Below, in pieces: positions 61,684-64,000 of a stretch of DNA of 64,000 nucleotides. Source of the DNA: Orbicella franksi (taxonomy: Eukaryota); the NCBI GenBank assembly GCA_964199315.1, contig OZ116701.1, positions 33,294,001-33,358,000 of the forward strand. The letters run 5' to 3'. Below the pieces are notes generated by a model that saw nothing but the letters and a program-made list of their open reading frames with translations, made no database searches and was not told where the DNA came from. Both the position numbers and the translations under genes were made by a program. The stretch's first letter is position 1. The number at the start of each line of letters is the position of its first letter.

Positions 61684-62890
61684 ACCTTCATTCCTGGTTT
61701 TAATTACGTTCTTTCAACTTTTTGAAAATAATAATCTATACTGATCATCTTTTTGATTCAAAAAACCTGACGTCATTTCTGTAAATTCGCAGGCGCGTCA
61801 TTACAATGGGGTTAACTAACTGTAGAATTTTAGACAAATGGACTCCGAAATTCGAAATCGCCAGTCTTTTTTATGTCTAAGGAAGATTCGCTCCGTTTGT
61901 TAATTAAAAGACAGCTTGAAGTTTCAACCGGAGACAAATTTTATAAACCAGCAAATGTAGAAAAGGAAGTGACCCAAAAAATAACGTAAATTTTTGGCGA
62001 ACTTTCACTCCCAGTAACGCCAGTCGGAAAGCTCTTGTTTATTGAATTTATAACTTGATGCGTTTGCAGTATTTTTAACTTGACATAGTATTCCTTGACT
62101 TCCTTACCGTCAAATATGTTAATTATTTCTCTTTCTAAGCTCGCCCCGCATTTCCAAGTTTCTACCGGAGACAAATTTTATAAGCTCCCAAATGGTAAAA
62201 AGTAAGTGACCCAAAACGAGCGTAACTTGTTTTCCCCTTCGATCTGTTTCCGTGTGGCGGAACACGTAAGATACACTAATATGCAATCTTGTTTTTGGCG
62301 TGTAATTCCAACTAACGTTTGCTTTTGACAAGGCAGCGTGTGTTACATTTGTCGACTTAACAACAAATCCTTCATTCCCAGTTTGATTACATTCTTTCAA
62401 CCTTTTAAAAATAATACTCTATACAGATCATCTTTTTGATTTAGAAAACCTGATGTCATTTCTGTGAATTCACTCACGGCTGGCGCGTTAGTACTGACAT
62501 TAGTGTCAAAAGCTGAGACAAGCCTCTGAGATCGGACGACGCCATTCATGTCTGAAGATGATTTGCTCCGTTTCAGACCTTTACAAATTTAAAAGACAGC
62601 TTGAAGTTTCTACCGGAGACAAATTTCATAAATCCGCAAAAGTATAAAAGCAAGTAAACCAAAAATAACGTAGCGTGTGTTTTTCCTTCGATCTGTTTCC
62701 GTATGACGGAACATGAAAGATATATACTTTGATATTCAGTCTTATTTTTGGCGACCTTCCACTCCCACGAATGTCAGTTCGAAAGCTTTTGTTTGTTGTA
62801 TGTATAACTTGATGCGTTTGCAGTATCTTTTAACTTAACAGAGTTTTCCTTGCCATCAAATATGCTAATTTTTTTCTTTCCAAACTCGCC
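61684..62890 (+). repeat. Degenerate tandem duplication (~690-bp period) with internal sub-repeats
   Basis: ccttcattcc.g.ttt.attac.ttctttcaac at 61684 and 62370. aagtttc(a/t)accggagacaaattt occurs three times (about 61919, 62156, 62603). Confidence 0.8.
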
Positions 62891-64000
62891 TCGGTAACAG
62901 AATTCAAATAATATCGATGGTCTTGAGACCGTATAGTATGAAAGAGGTCACAATGCAGTACAGTCGTCTATAAATTCAACCGCCTTGTCAAAAACATTTA
63001 TGTGTGTATTATTGCCGTTGACAGAAAGAATGGAGTTTTCATAATTTTGTTTTCCGACAAAACGTCATCTCAAGTATTTGGCAATCCCAGACATCCTAGC
63101 GTACACGGACCTCTCGTGCCCAGGGTCTATGGAGTGAGGCGTGCCGTGTGGCAAGTCCCTCCCAAGAACATTTCTTTATCATAGATATAATAAACAAATC
63201 CGAAAATTTTACAAAGAAAATTATTTTGCCTCGGTCGGATTACCTTTGCCCATGAAATTAATTCAATACTTATAGAATACCCGAAAAAAAAAATTGAATA
63301 CAAATATAGCGTTTAATTTATTTGGAGTTTACTTAAATAATTCGTGGAATAATCATAACTATTGAATATATGTGTAGTTTTCTTACGACGTCTTTCTATA
63401 ACGTGGGAACTCCGAGGTTTAAAATTTAACCAAATGTTAAGAAAGATCTTTCTGCGCTATAATCGCGATCAAATGAAAGCAAAATGTCGTTGGTGCATTT
63501 CGATCCAAGCGATAATTTTGTTTCAGTTATATCCTAAACCATCCGGTAGCTATAAAAAAAGCGTTCTCTATACAGAGGGTTCGCTGGGTGTCGTGGTAAA
63601 TTACTGAAATATCGACGGTAAAGTAAAACGCAATCGTTTTGATCATGCATGCACTATTCTGCAGGCGTGATATTTTCGCCGTGGGGCGTACTCAAACTGC
63701 CAGAGGCTGAAAATGAAATTGCGGAGAGTAAACCTGCCAAACTTGTCCATATATTTATGGGTCGTATTTTTCCTCCATTGAATAGTTTCGACTGTATTTC
63801 AAATAAATGAAAAAATTCATCAGATGAAAAAGTAGGGAGAATTTGATGGATTCGATGTCCCTTTCACTCCAGGGATCTCCGCCGCCTGTTATTTATTTTC
63901 TTCTTTTCTTTCTTTCTTTTCTGTTATTAGGATTTTAAACTTTTTTTAATTGTTCCCTTGGAACATCAAGACTTGAGAATTAATTAATTTCTTCACAGCC

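Overview
AT-rich eukaryotic (animal) genomic DNA with GT-AG introns. The gene families and interspersed repeats point to an anthozoan cnidarian, most likely a stony coral (inference). Most entries in the prokaryote-style ORF track are shadow-frame or repeat artefacts. From left to right: (1) a minus-strand tandem pair of 3-exon genes for a type II membrane protein (TM, RYKR furin site, 18 Gly-X-Y collagen triplets, 3 Ig domains, Caspr/fibrinogen-like C-terminus). The copy at 8443-12712 is intact (654 aa), the copy at 1440-7023 has two in-frame TGA stops, and a 3' stub of a third copy lies at about 1081-1180. (2) A two-exon FoxG gene (17231-18492) followed by a ~16.7 kb gene desert. (3) A histamine N-methyltransferase-like gene with an inverted pseudogene copy. 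(4) An orphan 105-aa ORF. (5) A ~220-250 bp element carrying a perfectly paired minimal type I hammerhead ribozyme (retrozyme/Penelope type). (6) An ~11 kb inverted duplication holding one intact atypical class A GPCR and one broken copy. (7) A 5-exon NXPE/PC-esterase-like gene. (8) An amine-receptor-like GPCR. MITEs, a tRNA-derived SINE with a 10-bp TSD, a decayed Crypton-like element and retroposon 3' ends are scattered throughout. All coordinates were read by hand, so repeat boundaries are approximate.
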